Of a stretch of DNA of 64,000 bases, positions 25,401 to 38,541 are shown piece by piece (position 1 is the first letter of the stretch; each line of letters starts with the position of its first letter). Source of the stretch: Fimbriosthenelais zetlandica (lineage: Eukaryota); NCBI GenBank assembly GCA_977030845.1, contig OZ365115.1:32550001-32614000 (forward strand), written 5' to 3'. A model generated the notes under the pieces. The model was not told where the DNA came from and did not search any database. It worked only from the letters and a program-made list of their open reading frames with translations. A program made the position numbers and the translations under genes.

Positions 25401-27379
25401 GGTGATTTGTGACGGTCAGTGTGACTGAGTGAGTGGTCTGTGCTTTAATTGTATGTATCCTGTCTGCAGCTCTTTATACCATACACGATCATCTCTACAC
25501 ATCCTCAATGTATTCTATGCCCATATGCATAAATTACCAAAGGAGTTTGTGTATATTTGCACGTGTGGTGAGCCAACTGTATGCGAGTGAGAGAAAATGT
25601 TCCAGAAAGATGTGTGTGAAAAAATGGCTAAAATATCATTGGAAAGGTTGTATGAACTCTTTGGGAGCAGGGTCCATGTGGCCTACTGGTTCCCCTATTG
25701 GAAATGTGTGTATGATTCCTTGATGGGATTGTACCACGCCTGTTGCGGGGTGGAAGGGCACCGCTATGCATTCATTACTGCAGAACTGTGAGAGTTAAAT
25801 ACCATGTACAGTTACAATAAAATATGTAATAGAAAATCAAGAGAAAATGATACACAGGATAGCATTGTACACCACCGTGACTGTATTCAGGTACTATTGT
25901 ACATTAATAACAAAACAGCAGTATTTAAATCATTGGCATGTAACAGTAGTAATGTACTTTGAAAACACTGGTATTTTGTCTTAATATTTTTTTGTCTTGC
26001 CAGTAGCTGATCGTATGTTTATTTTTTTGTCACATTTTAATGATTGACCATGCTGATTTGACATTTTGACACCCCAACGAAAGGGCAGAATTTAGTTTTA
26101 CTTTCAGTGTCCCTGCATGCAACTGTCCTCTCTACAAATACTTCTGTTCATTAGAATATCAGTCTTATGGGAGAATGCTGAGCATATATCTCTGGTACCA
26201 ACTAAAACATCATACATGAACTTATCAGATAGTCGTTTCCCCATTTCCTTCTGCCAAATTCCTAATTTGATTGCCTCGGCACTCTTTATCGCGACATGTT
26301 AATGGAATCTCAATAGAAATGCCCTATATTCAGTCCCTATTCTACCTTCATACCTTTTGCTCATGTAGGTATACATGATGTGGATGGTGTGGCGTTACAC
26401 AACGAAACTTTACCTGCATTTCTCTTCTTTTCTACTGCTGAATGAATACTGGCAACGATGATTAAAACGTAACCGATATATCCACGGTAACATTCCCGTT
26501 ACTTGGATAGAGAAAAATTATTTTCTTAATAATGTTAAAATTACAGGCACTTTTGTCAGCTTTGATGTGGATGTATGTTGTGTCAGAGAAAGAAAACCCT
26601 TATCAACGACATTGTTTATAGTTAAAAGAAAGTTAGAAGGGAGTTTGTTAAAAGCCAGTTTCACTCTCAATGATTATGCACAACACTACGATATTTCTAC
26701 ACTTGAAACTTATAGGGGCTGAAATAGAGTAGAGGCAGAAAAACGTATCTGAAAACATTTCTGTTAAAAATGGAATAATATTATTCCTTATTTTGATTCT
26801 TATATCCTTTTTGTAAACATTTTTTTAGATCAGAAAATTCAAGAGACATCCCACCTTGGTATCTCCTTCATTTGAAAGTACGTTTCATTGGTATGCCATG
26901 AGTTCAATAACTTTTTGGAGATCTTTTGTCGTTGTATTTCTGAGCCAGAAACCTGAGCATGGTGCTACATGATATGATTTATCTATTATAGTTTGCTATA
27001 TATTTATTTTTGCTACATTAGAATTTCTGTCATTTATTTATGAGTCAATTGAGATACTTAATGCATAAGTCTACAACTGGTCAAATGCATTATTATTAAT
27101 TTTTGGTGCCAAACTTTTTTGAAAATGATGGGAGTTTCAGAAATGTTTTCTCTGAAACAAGGTTGAAAAGAAAGTCAATGTTTACGAGTCATTTATTCAC
27201 GTGCAGAAGTGTGTAATCATTGTCTTGCATTTAATTTATTGCAAAGCTAGTTTAATTTAACTTTATTGAGAACTACCTACAGGATATGTACAAAGGGAAC
27301 CATACTAAACTATTGTATTGATTGGTAATATTATTATCATTATTATTGTATACATTTTTATTTAAAAATTGCTAATAAA
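19454..27379 (+). other. Putative long 3' UTR of the ZF gene
   Basis: No AATAAA found by eye on + between the stop and 25816. AATAAA at 25816-25821 and 27374-27379, the latter followed by T-rich ttatttatttat. Confidence 0.35.
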
Positions 27380-30300
27380 GTTATTTATTTATCAGCTACT
27401 TTTTGTAGTCAGGACATGCATAAACCAAGTTGATACATGTTAGTGATATACATATATATTATTATACATAATGTATTAAAATGAAATACAAAATGACATT
27501 TTTAAAAGCCAGGATTTCATTGGGTTAGCAGCAAGGGTTTGTTTGAAAACCCTGATGAACCCCATTACTGATATAAAGTAACTTAATTTTAGAAAGAAAG
27601 TGTTGTCTTTATGTGGTGCATGCTCACCACCTTGTAAGTAGCGATTCAGATGATCTTGATGTTGAGTCCGTTGTATTGTCCATGAATCTATAGAAGTCCC
27701 TATCTTTGTGTTTCTAAGGTGCAGTATGCATATAACCCGACCCCCAATTCATGTATTAGTCATCATTATATACGTGCACACGTGTCAATAAGGACCATGA
27801 ATAAGTTAAGCATTAAAAAGCAAATAAAGAATTAGATTTCATACTGCAATCATGTTTCTGTTGTTTCTCTCTATTTCTAACCCAGGGCTGCATAATCCAA
27901 AATGGGTCCAAAATAATTATGTTGGACCAAGAAATGTAGGCCTATATATATGGCTGTGACATCATAGAAATGACGTTGGGGATTCTCATATCTTCCTCAT
28001 CAGAGGGACAACCATCATCAAGGGGGAGGGGTGTCGTGAAATAAATATTAATTCTATGGGAAAGTATGAGATATTTCCCAAATATAATTTCTTTACGCTG
28101 TATGGGAGTGAGGAAAGGACACCCATGGTGGACAGTGCCAAAACTTTGGTATTGATAAGGCCCTATATTTTATATATGGTTGCATATACATTTTAGAGTA
28201 GCATTAAATTTTAAGTATCTAACCCTTGAGGTTTCAGGACAGACACCCCATGGACGGACTTTATATTCACAAATATTCAAAAAGGAGATTTATAGAAGAA
28301 TTAGCATTAAAAAGACACTGACACATGATCTCATCAGCGATGAATAATGAGTTTCATGAGCTTCCTTTCATGGGTAGCCAGGCCTATCGAATGTGACTGC
28401 GCATGTGCAAGCCTCTCAACCCAAACACTTCCCTCAAACCACACATCAGAACTTAGTCCTTCATGTATAATATGCCAAGCGAGAACTTTTTTTGTCAGTG
28501 AAAGGGGCGTGGGTGAGTAAGGTTGTCTTTTGACTGACGGCTCTGGGGCTTCTTTGTTTAGTCCCCAGTCAGGATTTTCCCCGTGGGACCCCTGTGAGAT
28601 AACACCCACTCCCTCCCGGGGCCCCATTCTTATGTAAATTAATGTCAGCGTGTAAATTGCTGGTGTATTCCTGATAAAGCGTTTAATTGGCACTGATCTG
28701 GGGCGCCTGTCACTCACACTAAATCTCAAGCTACTCAAATGAGGGGAGAGGGTTATTTGCAATTAATAGAGACGGGACAAAGGGGAGCAGGATCCTTACT
28801 TCTCTAGGTTAGAAAGATATCAAAGAAAATAGGACAGACACCCCATTTATAAACCATAACCCACACACATCAAATACTGCCAAGACAAAACTTCATAAAT
28901 CTATAATTTCTTTAATTTTATGGGAACTTAGCAAGGGGTGGCTTGTTGATTGTATATGGCAGGCTCTTCAAATCCGGCATTTTAATTAACTAATTAATTT
29001 TATTGATTACTTTTCAACCATGTTCTGGTATAAAATATTCACTAAAGGAATACAACTTATTGTTCCCAAAAGGGAGTGGGCTATAATGTGGCGCTTTAAT
29101 TTTGGTTGGAAGACATGTTGGACACAAAGGAAAGTGGAAGGCTGTCAAGGGCCTTGATCCTCAATAGAACCTACACCCCCACCCCTCCCCACCCCCCGAC
29201 TTCCACCCAGTCTGGCTACAAGCATGTGTTACCATGGAGCTATAGCTATTGTCATGGAAACAGGTCAAAAACTACAGGGGCTAACAAGCACTGACACCCC
29301 AAGCATCTCTCCCAGCACCCCATAATCACCCACCCACTCACAACCAACTCACCCACTCACCCACCCTCATCAACCCACTCACTCTCCCTCACCCACCTAC
29401 TCTAAGCCGAGGCCCCCGAAAATAAAACACCCCCGTTGCTCACCCACAGAAAAAAATTACTCTTAATTAAAGTGGAAATGTAATTTGTAGTCATTGGATC
29501 TGTTCTCTGAGACCTATCAAATGAGCATTGTTGTTTGGCGTTCAACTTTTGTGGGGATTCTATTGAACTTGAGGACTTGGCGCAAAACCGGTGGTTGGAT
29601 AGAGTCAATTTACCATGGAGTTTAGACCATTCTCTACCAACTTCCCCCAGCCCCTACATTGTCTTAACACCACCCAATTTGCATTGGTATATAATTGTCT
29701 GACAATGAGATGCATCGACTGGGTTATTACCATATCTCTATTTATAAACGCCCTTTAGTCCTTTGTCATAATGACAGTCGCCAACTGCATTGAGTCCCTT
29801 TCTGTCAGAGTACTGACAATGTATTATAGAGCTCTATTGTGAAACCTGTTTGTTGATGCCATAATACTAGTTTAAAAGTGCAACAGTATAAGTTCTGCTA
29901 ATTGCTACAACAAACTTTTTAACTAAATCAAAATGTCAATTTCTGCCACTTGCCACAAAGGACTTTGTGCCCAAAAAACAACATGAAAGGTTATCCTACT
30001 TCCAGCAAAGTAATGTCTCAAATCCGCTAATACTACTAATGTTCAAAAATAGATCGGTTATGATCCCTAGCTATCATAGTACTTTCTTACTAGCACCCTA
30101 ACCTGAGTAATTTTCGGCTATTGTTGCAAGGGTTTCTCACCAACACAGCAACCTTGGTCTAGGAGGCCTACAGGTTCTCCCTCCTACCAAAGTGCTGACT
30201 AACACAACACCCTATGTAGTACTGTACTTGCTACAACGTACTTTGCCATTGGAACAACAAACTCGTATAGGTCCTGCTACTTGGGACAACGTACTTTGTC

Positions 30301-31593
30301 CAAAACCAAAGGAGACAACCCTCAGTCCTACCCTTGCTATCAAGTTAAGCAACAAGCACAGTAGCTTATGCGACAGAGTAAACCACAATGCACTTACTTT
30401 GTCGTTTTCATGTTGTTTTGATGAATGTACTTTCTGAATATAGATAATCTAACTAGATCATCCATAATCTAACTGAGGCAGCTATTTACAGGTGTTTATG
30501 TGAGAAATGTATAAATTGTTATAAACACCTCCGCCCCCTCTTGTCGGGCATACTGCACGATTCGTGGAAGGCTGCTGGCCTTTTTTGCCCCCATCCGCGA
30601 GCTGCCATGCGCATGAGCCACTGGAACATATCACATGGCACCAAGTCATTAAGGCCTTCGGTAATTTTCTCCTTCCTCATTAAATCTCACAAAACGTGAA
30701 AATGGTAATGATGAGCGTCAATATCAATCTTATGTATGCCTGACAAAACGGGAAATAAGTAGAGAGACAACGTCAGTGTTGCCGCCCTAAATGAGCTTAT
30801 TTTAGCCCCAACCAAAGGGGGTGATTACCATTATGCAAGCTGGGCATGGCAAAGGGCAAATAAAGGTAGGCGACTGAGAGACGTATGTGGGGTGTATCAA
30901 AGAGCAGGGCAGGCAGAGAGAGAAGAAAACATGGTAAAATAGCTTGAATAAGGAGCTGGCTGCGGGGAGAGCATGCCGCATATGCAGATGGCATTCAGGA
31001 GTTAATAGTGTCCCTTGGAGCACGAACGATGTTCAATTTTGGGAAGTATTTTTCAAACAAAAATCTATACATGATCCATCAGGGGGTAAATAGGCTGCAT
31101 GCGCGCATGCAATATAAAGCCGATAATCATGTGATCAAGCATTCATTTTTAAGATAGACTCAGCAACCCTGAGCTTTGATGATTGATAATTTACCACTTT
31201 TATCCAACTCATTTGAATCTTTTGAATCTTTTCAACTTGAATTTGTCTTCAAAAGTAATGCCCACAGGGGAGGACTTACAAGAGAGACAATGCTTGCTGG
31301 CGGTGGTGAATGATAAACATTCATGTCTTTTGTGCTACCTCTAATAATCTAGTTGCCTCCCGCCTCTTCGTCATCACTGCAGCACATACAAAACCTGCTA
31401 CAGCCATCTACAGCCAGGGTAGTCTAAGTCAAAAACTAAATCAATTAAATTCAGTGATTAATGGAGAAACTCTTAAACTTTTGTTACGTCGCTTGTGCGC
31501 ATGCAACTTTTGTGTCGCGTGGCTGTGTGGCGAAAAAATCAGTGGTGATGAATGTTTGGGATCTGTCCAGCGGGCGCCCGGTACGGGCCTCGC

Positions 31594-31607
31594 GCACCAG
31601 GGGGCAC
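31594..31607 (+). promoter_or_regulatory. CTCF core motif candidate GCACCAGGGGGCAC
   Basis: 13/14 match to CCACCAGGGGGCAC; lies between the two convergent genes. Confidence 0.5.
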
Positions 31608-32992
31608 ACTAGTAATCCCATTTGTGTATTAATTATTGCCTTTATACTTGCTCTATAAGTTGGCTCTAATGATGGGGGGACTTCCTAATGTGTCTTGGTG
31701 TTTTCTGTTCTATTGAGTAGGGAGTTGTCACTTAGTGAACGATCAGATGATGTGTTAGGCAGGCTGCACACTTGATAACACTCTTACAATACTTCCCTCC
31801 CACCAGACAATCTATAGTAGTTTGTTAAAGCTCACAAATGAACAAAGGGGAAAGAATTTACCGCCATTAGTATAAGTGAATATTAGTCGATGTTCTTGTC
31901 TGTATATTAGAATTAAAGGTTGTTTAATCATTGTTGGATATTACATCCACAAATCTAGTGAACTAATACTCTTCTGATATTGAGGGTCTGGGCACATCTT
32001 CAATAGTACAATATAACTGATATTATGCTCCAGATTATTCTATACTCTTTAGTTAATATATCAGTACATTTCAGGACCCAATTAATGAATTTTTCCCCAT
32101 GAAACTATTAAAAATTCAACATTTATAGATCATAACCCAAAATACCCTACAGCACAGAGCTTCAAAATTCATCGATTTTAACTGGTCTGAAATAAATTAC
32201 AAGTAATCTCACTTTAATGTAAGGCGAAACTACCTGAGGTACTATACCACTTACCCTTCATCTACAAGTCTAGGCAGGCCTTACACATATTGGATTGGTC
32301 CTGATTGCGGTCCTTTTTCTCAAGATAAGGACAAAGTCCCCGATGGTAAGCACCTGAAGCCATTGATGTAATTATCATAATGGATAGGCAGGAATTACCC
32401 GCAACAAAAGGTACTCACAGATCCACATTAACTTCTCAATGCAAGTAGAAAGAGATTTTTCCCCCTCACATCCACCGGGAGGAAACTACTCTTATGAGTT
32501 GCTCTCTTCTACCAATAAGAGCAACTCAAAGGCCTATTACCAGAAATAAACCTAGACTATATATCCACCATTTATATTATGCCCATCAAAGTTGTTTTTT
32601 TGATCTGGGCTGGGAATAATAAAATAAGTGGTACTCAAAACCGAGGGACTAGTGGTTAAAAATTCGCCATGGTGATCAGTCCAATTTTGCCATCTGTATG
32701 TATAAAAATGTATTTGTATGTTACTTTAAATTTATTTTAAAGTCTACAAGTCCCAGATATTATATAGGTTCATAAGGCTGCTATAAGGAATCAAGAAGAA
32801 ATGTGGATGGAAACTGGAGATTTTCGCCCTATTGAAATGACGTGTATATATACAGCCTACAGAGGGTGCTGTATATATAACACACATTGAGGAGGGGGAG
32901 GGTAAGATACAGTCTGGCCTGTGATTTCATTACACACAGCCTGATATGTTTAGGACGTATTGGTTCACAAATATTGATTTAGTTTACATTAA

Positions 32993-33004
32993 TGCGCATG
33001 CGCA
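32993..33004. promoter_or_regulatory. Perfect NRF1/EWG palindrome TGCGCATGCGCA
   Basis: Exact 12-bp consensus; related sites at 28398, 30606, 31096 and 31494. Confidence 0.5.
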
Positions 33005-36000
33005 ATCGACAGCCGGCACTGCATTAGCATGATAAGTGTGAGTTGCCGGGAAACACAATAATTCCTATGTTTTCTGTACTGCTCCATAGACTGTGTGTTT
33101 GTGGAGTTACCTATAGGAACAATAACCCCCATTCATCCACCATATTTGAGGAAGAGGAGGCTAGGATTGGAACCATGCAGAAGCCATATTTGAAAAGCAA
33201 AACCAGTTCTCTCATCCTCTCTTCTTCCTCTATTCTCTCTATTTCAACTTTCCTTTCTCTTTCCTCTTGCCGCCGCATCCGGCGGTTGTGGAACATTTGT
33301 GTAAAAACTCCCTACTAAAACAAAGCACCATATTAAGCACACAAATGATGAAAAGGGAATCATTTCTGCAGAACATATTATTCAAGGGACCACCTCGAAT
33401 GGCCAGAAGGATGTATAAGCCTTTATTGTGCATCACCAATAGTTTTTCTGTCCTATAGATTCAGGCATATATACTCGGCGCACGTGGACTGCCTGGAGAA
33501 GCACAATAAGTTGTTTGGTAACATCCATATACCGGACATTGGCGAGGCCGACTGGAATACATAATTGTATTAGCGCACGAAGGTCCTATATCTACTGACA
33601 AACAGATGTGTATAGAATATCGCCGGTATTATTGTGGTTATAGCGCACAATGCCTCAGGTTGCCATAGGGTAATAGTAAGAGAATGGGATCCATGCCCGG
33701 CTCGTTTCACTACAGCTTTCTTCTGCCCAATTACTATTCACTCATTTTAGGCACTGCCCCACCTCAAAATCCATTCCCCTTTGGACAGCAGGAAGGTTAC
33801 ACCGAAATATACCAAGGTCTATAGCTGAAATCTTTGACTTTAAGAATGTTACTAAATTTAAGGCTTCTCTTACGTGGAATAATCACCAAAATGGCCATTT
33901 TCAAAATGGGCATGCTTTGTTTACCCAAAATGGCCTTTGTTATTCAACTTGCCTCCTCCCCTGGAAATTGATATCAAGCCGCAATTTCTGAGCCCGAGGG
34001 ATTGTATGACACTGGAAGCCCTGGAATTGTCATGACGTCATCTGCATTATTATTTCTTAACTTTCAGAACTATATTTTTTCTTTTTTATGCACGTGTTCT
34101 TGTCTTTCAAGTTTAAAATTTGCCTTGCCATATGGGATTGCTCCTGGGGATATCCCCCTGGGAATATGTCTGAATACGATATGCAGAAGTGACAGGGATG
34201 CTGTCACACTAACAACCCCATACCCATATACCCTCATTTACTTTACAATATGCACTGTACTTTCGGTTTTAACTATGTCAATCAATTGTACATTACCATA
34301 TGGCTCTATCATTTGCACATAATTTGTGACTTCTCCTATGGTGCTCAATGAACCTAAGCTGCTCTGGTTTAAAGTAAAATGCTCCCCACATTAGAGAATT
34401 TTTGAAATAAAAAGCCATACTAATGACATCTTTTAAGACACATGCCTTAGTAAACTGTTAAAAGATGATAAGCCAATAGTACCAGGACATGTAGTTGCAA
34501 CCCATATTTGCCTTTCAATAGAGCTGCACCCAGTCATTGCCTTACAGCCAGCTTTAATATAGGTACAAAATCAGTAAATGCTATCGGGAGCAACAGAGCA
34601 CATTTCGAACCCCCACCCCCTACTCCCAACCCAACCACTCGCCACCCCATCCCACCCACCCCACGAATCCCATCTCCCATGCCAGCGATACATTCCAGAT
34701 ACCATATACTGTGCCCTGTCTTTCTCCTTTTTTAAAGTGAAATCAAAGGAGCTCTAAGTTGTACTTAACTTGCGACTGTTTGCAATCATTTTCCAACACA
34801 GGAAAAGGCAGATGGGGAATGGGGGAGAGAGTCAAAGTAGGGGCGAAGATGCAAAAGAGGAGTTGGTCACCGGTTATTTAGTACTCGGGCGTTCGTGGAA
34901 AGGCGCCACCAGAGAGTAAAAGGCTGACGATAACGCACTGGGTGTCGTCAGGGACAGTGTGGGGGTCCTTGTGGGCTCTACTGGTGTGGAGATGGGGTGG
35001 GGTGCAGTGGAGAGAGGGGACTCTAACTGCACCAGGTAGCCACGGTGCACCCAAGTCCTACAGGGTCGGTGCTTTGGTGCATCAGTGGTGGGGAATGGTT
35101 TGATAAGTGGGAGGGGAATGTATTAGGGCAGGTTTTGTACCCTGTGGCTTCATCTCGTCCTACAGCTTCACTAGCGGCCTGCCCGCCTCACTGCTGGATG
35201 GGCGTATAGCCTAGTTCACCTGTGGTTAGACATGTTGATTATTATTTGAGAACAAATTAAAGCTCCAGACTTGACCGCCTATTTTAATAAACTTTGGCGT
35301 CTTTCCTATGGTGTCCCAGGGTATTTCTATAATGAGAAAGCTCTGTAAATTTAATAAAACTTTCAAACTTGTCCTTGAAATCCAAGATCCATGATGTCAA
35401 AATTATGTTTATATTGGCATGTATATGTCTTCATGATGAGTGTGTGGGTTGAGAGACGGTGTTGACTTGCGGTATCATTTTGAGGGGGAGATGCAGGAGG
35501 AGGGAGGGGAGGGCTATTAACCGCTCACCGGGGGAGAGGGCCTTGTTGTGCCGTCACTATACACGGACTCGCCCGGGGTCATCGTGGGTCCGGTGCACTA
35601 AAAGTTCACCCTACAACTGTTATCTTACAGAGACAGCGTTTCTACATATCAACGGCACGTGATTGCCACTGTTTGTCCTGTCTGAAGCATATTCTAGCGT
35701 TTTGGTATTGGTTAGTAGTATATGGAAATGGTACTTCCACGCAGGCGACTTTCGTAAGTAGTATAAGGAAACTAGTCATTGAAGGTGGCCACAAATGGAA
35801 GGATACCATTCCATTTGCTAATTTGAAAATACCTTCAAAAGGTATACAACATATGGGTTGCATGATTATGAGAACTTAGTATCGCATAAAAACAATACTT
35901 TTTCCGGTTGGCACATAAAAAGACCAAATCGGTTCAAGACTTGAGGGCGTTAAGCTAACCCTAGAGCAGAGAGGAGCTCAATGCGCTTTGATTTTCTCAG

Positions 36001-38473
36001 CAGCCTTGAATCAGCTGATTGCGGTACAGCTGATGTGCGGTGAGGATGTGTGCGGTTAGTGAGGCGGGCCGTAGATTGGATGAGTGAAGAGGTAAGAGAG
36101 GTAATGAGGGAACTCACGCACACCTGGCCTCTCACAGACCTGCCCTATCATCACCGCCTTAAGGCCTCTCCATATCTACCACCATTCACCATTTATCAAT
36201 GGTTATGAGTCGCCAGGTATGAGTGGTATATAGGTCTACATCACAGTGAGCCGCTCAATGCCTTACACCTAATAATGTGAGAAAATCTTTTGTAGAATTA
36301 CCTCTGAGGTATTAACTGAACAATGGACATTAAGCTCTGTAGGACTTTCATATAAATGGGGAATTAGCTGTAAAGGTGGTCCTGAGAATGGCCCGGGGTC
36401 TGCTACAACAATGTGCATTTATAGGGTATTAACATGTTCAACTAAACTATCTCACTTTATTATGGAGTTTACTTCATTGGCCTCAGAACAGGTCACTAGC
36501 CGAGCATCAATTCACATGTAGAAAAGGCACATGGCGGCAGGGACAATATAGTAGAACCTGTATAGCGCCTTGAGTCCGAGGCTAATAAAAGAATATGGCA
36601 CCATTATGGTGTTTTGCAAATACTTGTGATTACAATTCATCTCTCTGACATGTCCTTTACAACTTTATATACGAGCCTGCCACGGTGATGAGCACTAGAG
36701 AAGAGAGAAAATGTACATTTCAGCACATCAAAGGCTGGGCCTTGTTTAGTTTATTGCTAACACGTGGTAGTTGGCGATGTACATTTCCCTCGATTGCTTT
36801 CTGTTTATGCCTTCAATGACTTTTTATAAAAGAGCTGGGATATTGTTGACACCAGATGTGTGGGAAATCGATAGACATGTAGACGCTCCTTGAAAGTAAT
36901 ATGCAAGCAGAGCTTTGCCCATTACACTGCTGTGGATGGCAATTTAGGGGTGTGAAAATTATTCATAAATGTGCTCTTTGAACTTGCTTTTTCTCTCGCT
37001 CGTCAAATGTTCCATCTACATATGACAGTTACCCATTGGTCGTCAGGAATGTTTGCTTGTATGTATGAATTTACTTTCGTGAAAATAAAAGTCTGCTATT
37101 CAAGGTCTTCAAAGGTCACAAATATGGTGGCCTGGATATGGCAGTTTGGAGGAATCAATGCGATGAAATCCTGATGATTGTAAAGCTAAGAACTCCTGCA
37201 AAGTATTTGATTCCGTGAGCCCATGGCCTTTGTCTGATACATTGATGAAATTCGAAATTTGGGACCATCCGATCTTTGATGGGCGGCAACGGCTAACGAT
37301 GCACAGCAAAATGGTGACAACGGTCTTTATATTATAGCAATATCTTTTATTGTTTTAATTATTTTCCAGATGTTTTCTCGACATTTTCCCAGATCAACAC
37401 TTTTGAAATCCCTTGTATTTTGTGACTTGATAGGCCTATATAGCAGAAAAGGCATGATGACAACCAATTGAGGCGCAGAGAAGCCTGTTGAATGTTTAAT
37501 TGAGGAGACCTTCAAATAGTGGTCTTTGTGAATCCCCCGTCTCCATTCATCCTGCTTCGTCTCGAGCAGTTTTCACTAAATCCAATCTCCTCGACCATTT
37601 TGTATGTAATATAAGCCAGCGTGAGGATTTATCTGGTCGTCTAGAATTATTGAGGATGTTTTTATGATATAGTCCATAATTTATAACCTCAAATGTACAT
37701 TTTACACATGGGAAAGGTCATAAAAACTGCACCGACTTGTCGCCATAGTAAATCACATGTTACCTCCACTGTGCTTTTACGACACTTCGTCTTGTCGGCT
37801 CCCGGGTTGCAGCCTTCCCACTCACATCTTACTTCAACTCTTTCTATTTCAATAGGTATAACAGGTATATATGATTCTTCATCGAGTCTTTATCTTTCTT
37901 TATGTCTCATTTTTGGCCATATTTACTCAGCTTCGGGTGTTTAATGAGGTCTGTGGTGTTAGTAATAACAGTTGCAGGGTGAGTGAGTCAGTTAGTTCAA
38001 GGGCATCTCGTCTTTATCTATGTGGTGGCCATGTAGTTTAGCCAGCCTTTATAGAGGCTCAGATGTTGCTCACAGAGAGGATGCACCTCTCCTCCCACCC
38101 TGACAAGTTTAGATCCACCCTTAACATGGAGAGGAAGAATACTGTAATAGATGGCTGCTAAAATGCCCGGTCAAACTCTCACATCTGTAGGTCACAATAA
38201 GTCGAATGAACGGTTTGCAGGGACGTTTCCAATCCTTAATTCTTCAAATTTTCTGGTTTCTCTAGATTTTGGTGTTCTGATCGCTGGAATTAAGCCTGTG
38301 TGATGAAAGAACCCTAGCTCTTGGGCAGGGCATCATTTTGGGCTTCATATAGAATGGCATTATTTTTGTGTTAATATATCTGTGAATGATGATAGTTATT
38401 TCAAGAAGCCTCCTCCATCTGGGGCCATCTCCTCACCCTCCCAGACATCCACCCACGCTGTGATTAGCAACAT

Positions 38474-38541
38474 GGGGGGTGACGGGGGGTGGGGGTGGGG
38501 GTGGGGGACTGGCCATGGGGGGCGGGGGACTGGCCATGGGG
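38474..38541 (+). repeat. G-quadruplex-prone tract with a 21-nt-period duplication of GGGGGACTGGCCATGGGG
   Basis: (GGGGGT)n at 38484-38507; duplicated 18-mer starting at 38503 and 38524. Confidence 0.7.

Noticed and set aside
33111-33310. Minus-strand R/E-rich ORF (MFHNRRMRRQEERERKVEIER...)
   Set aside because: A purine-rich tract yields R/E/K in any frame, there are no partner exons, and it is out of frame with the SLC17 donor.
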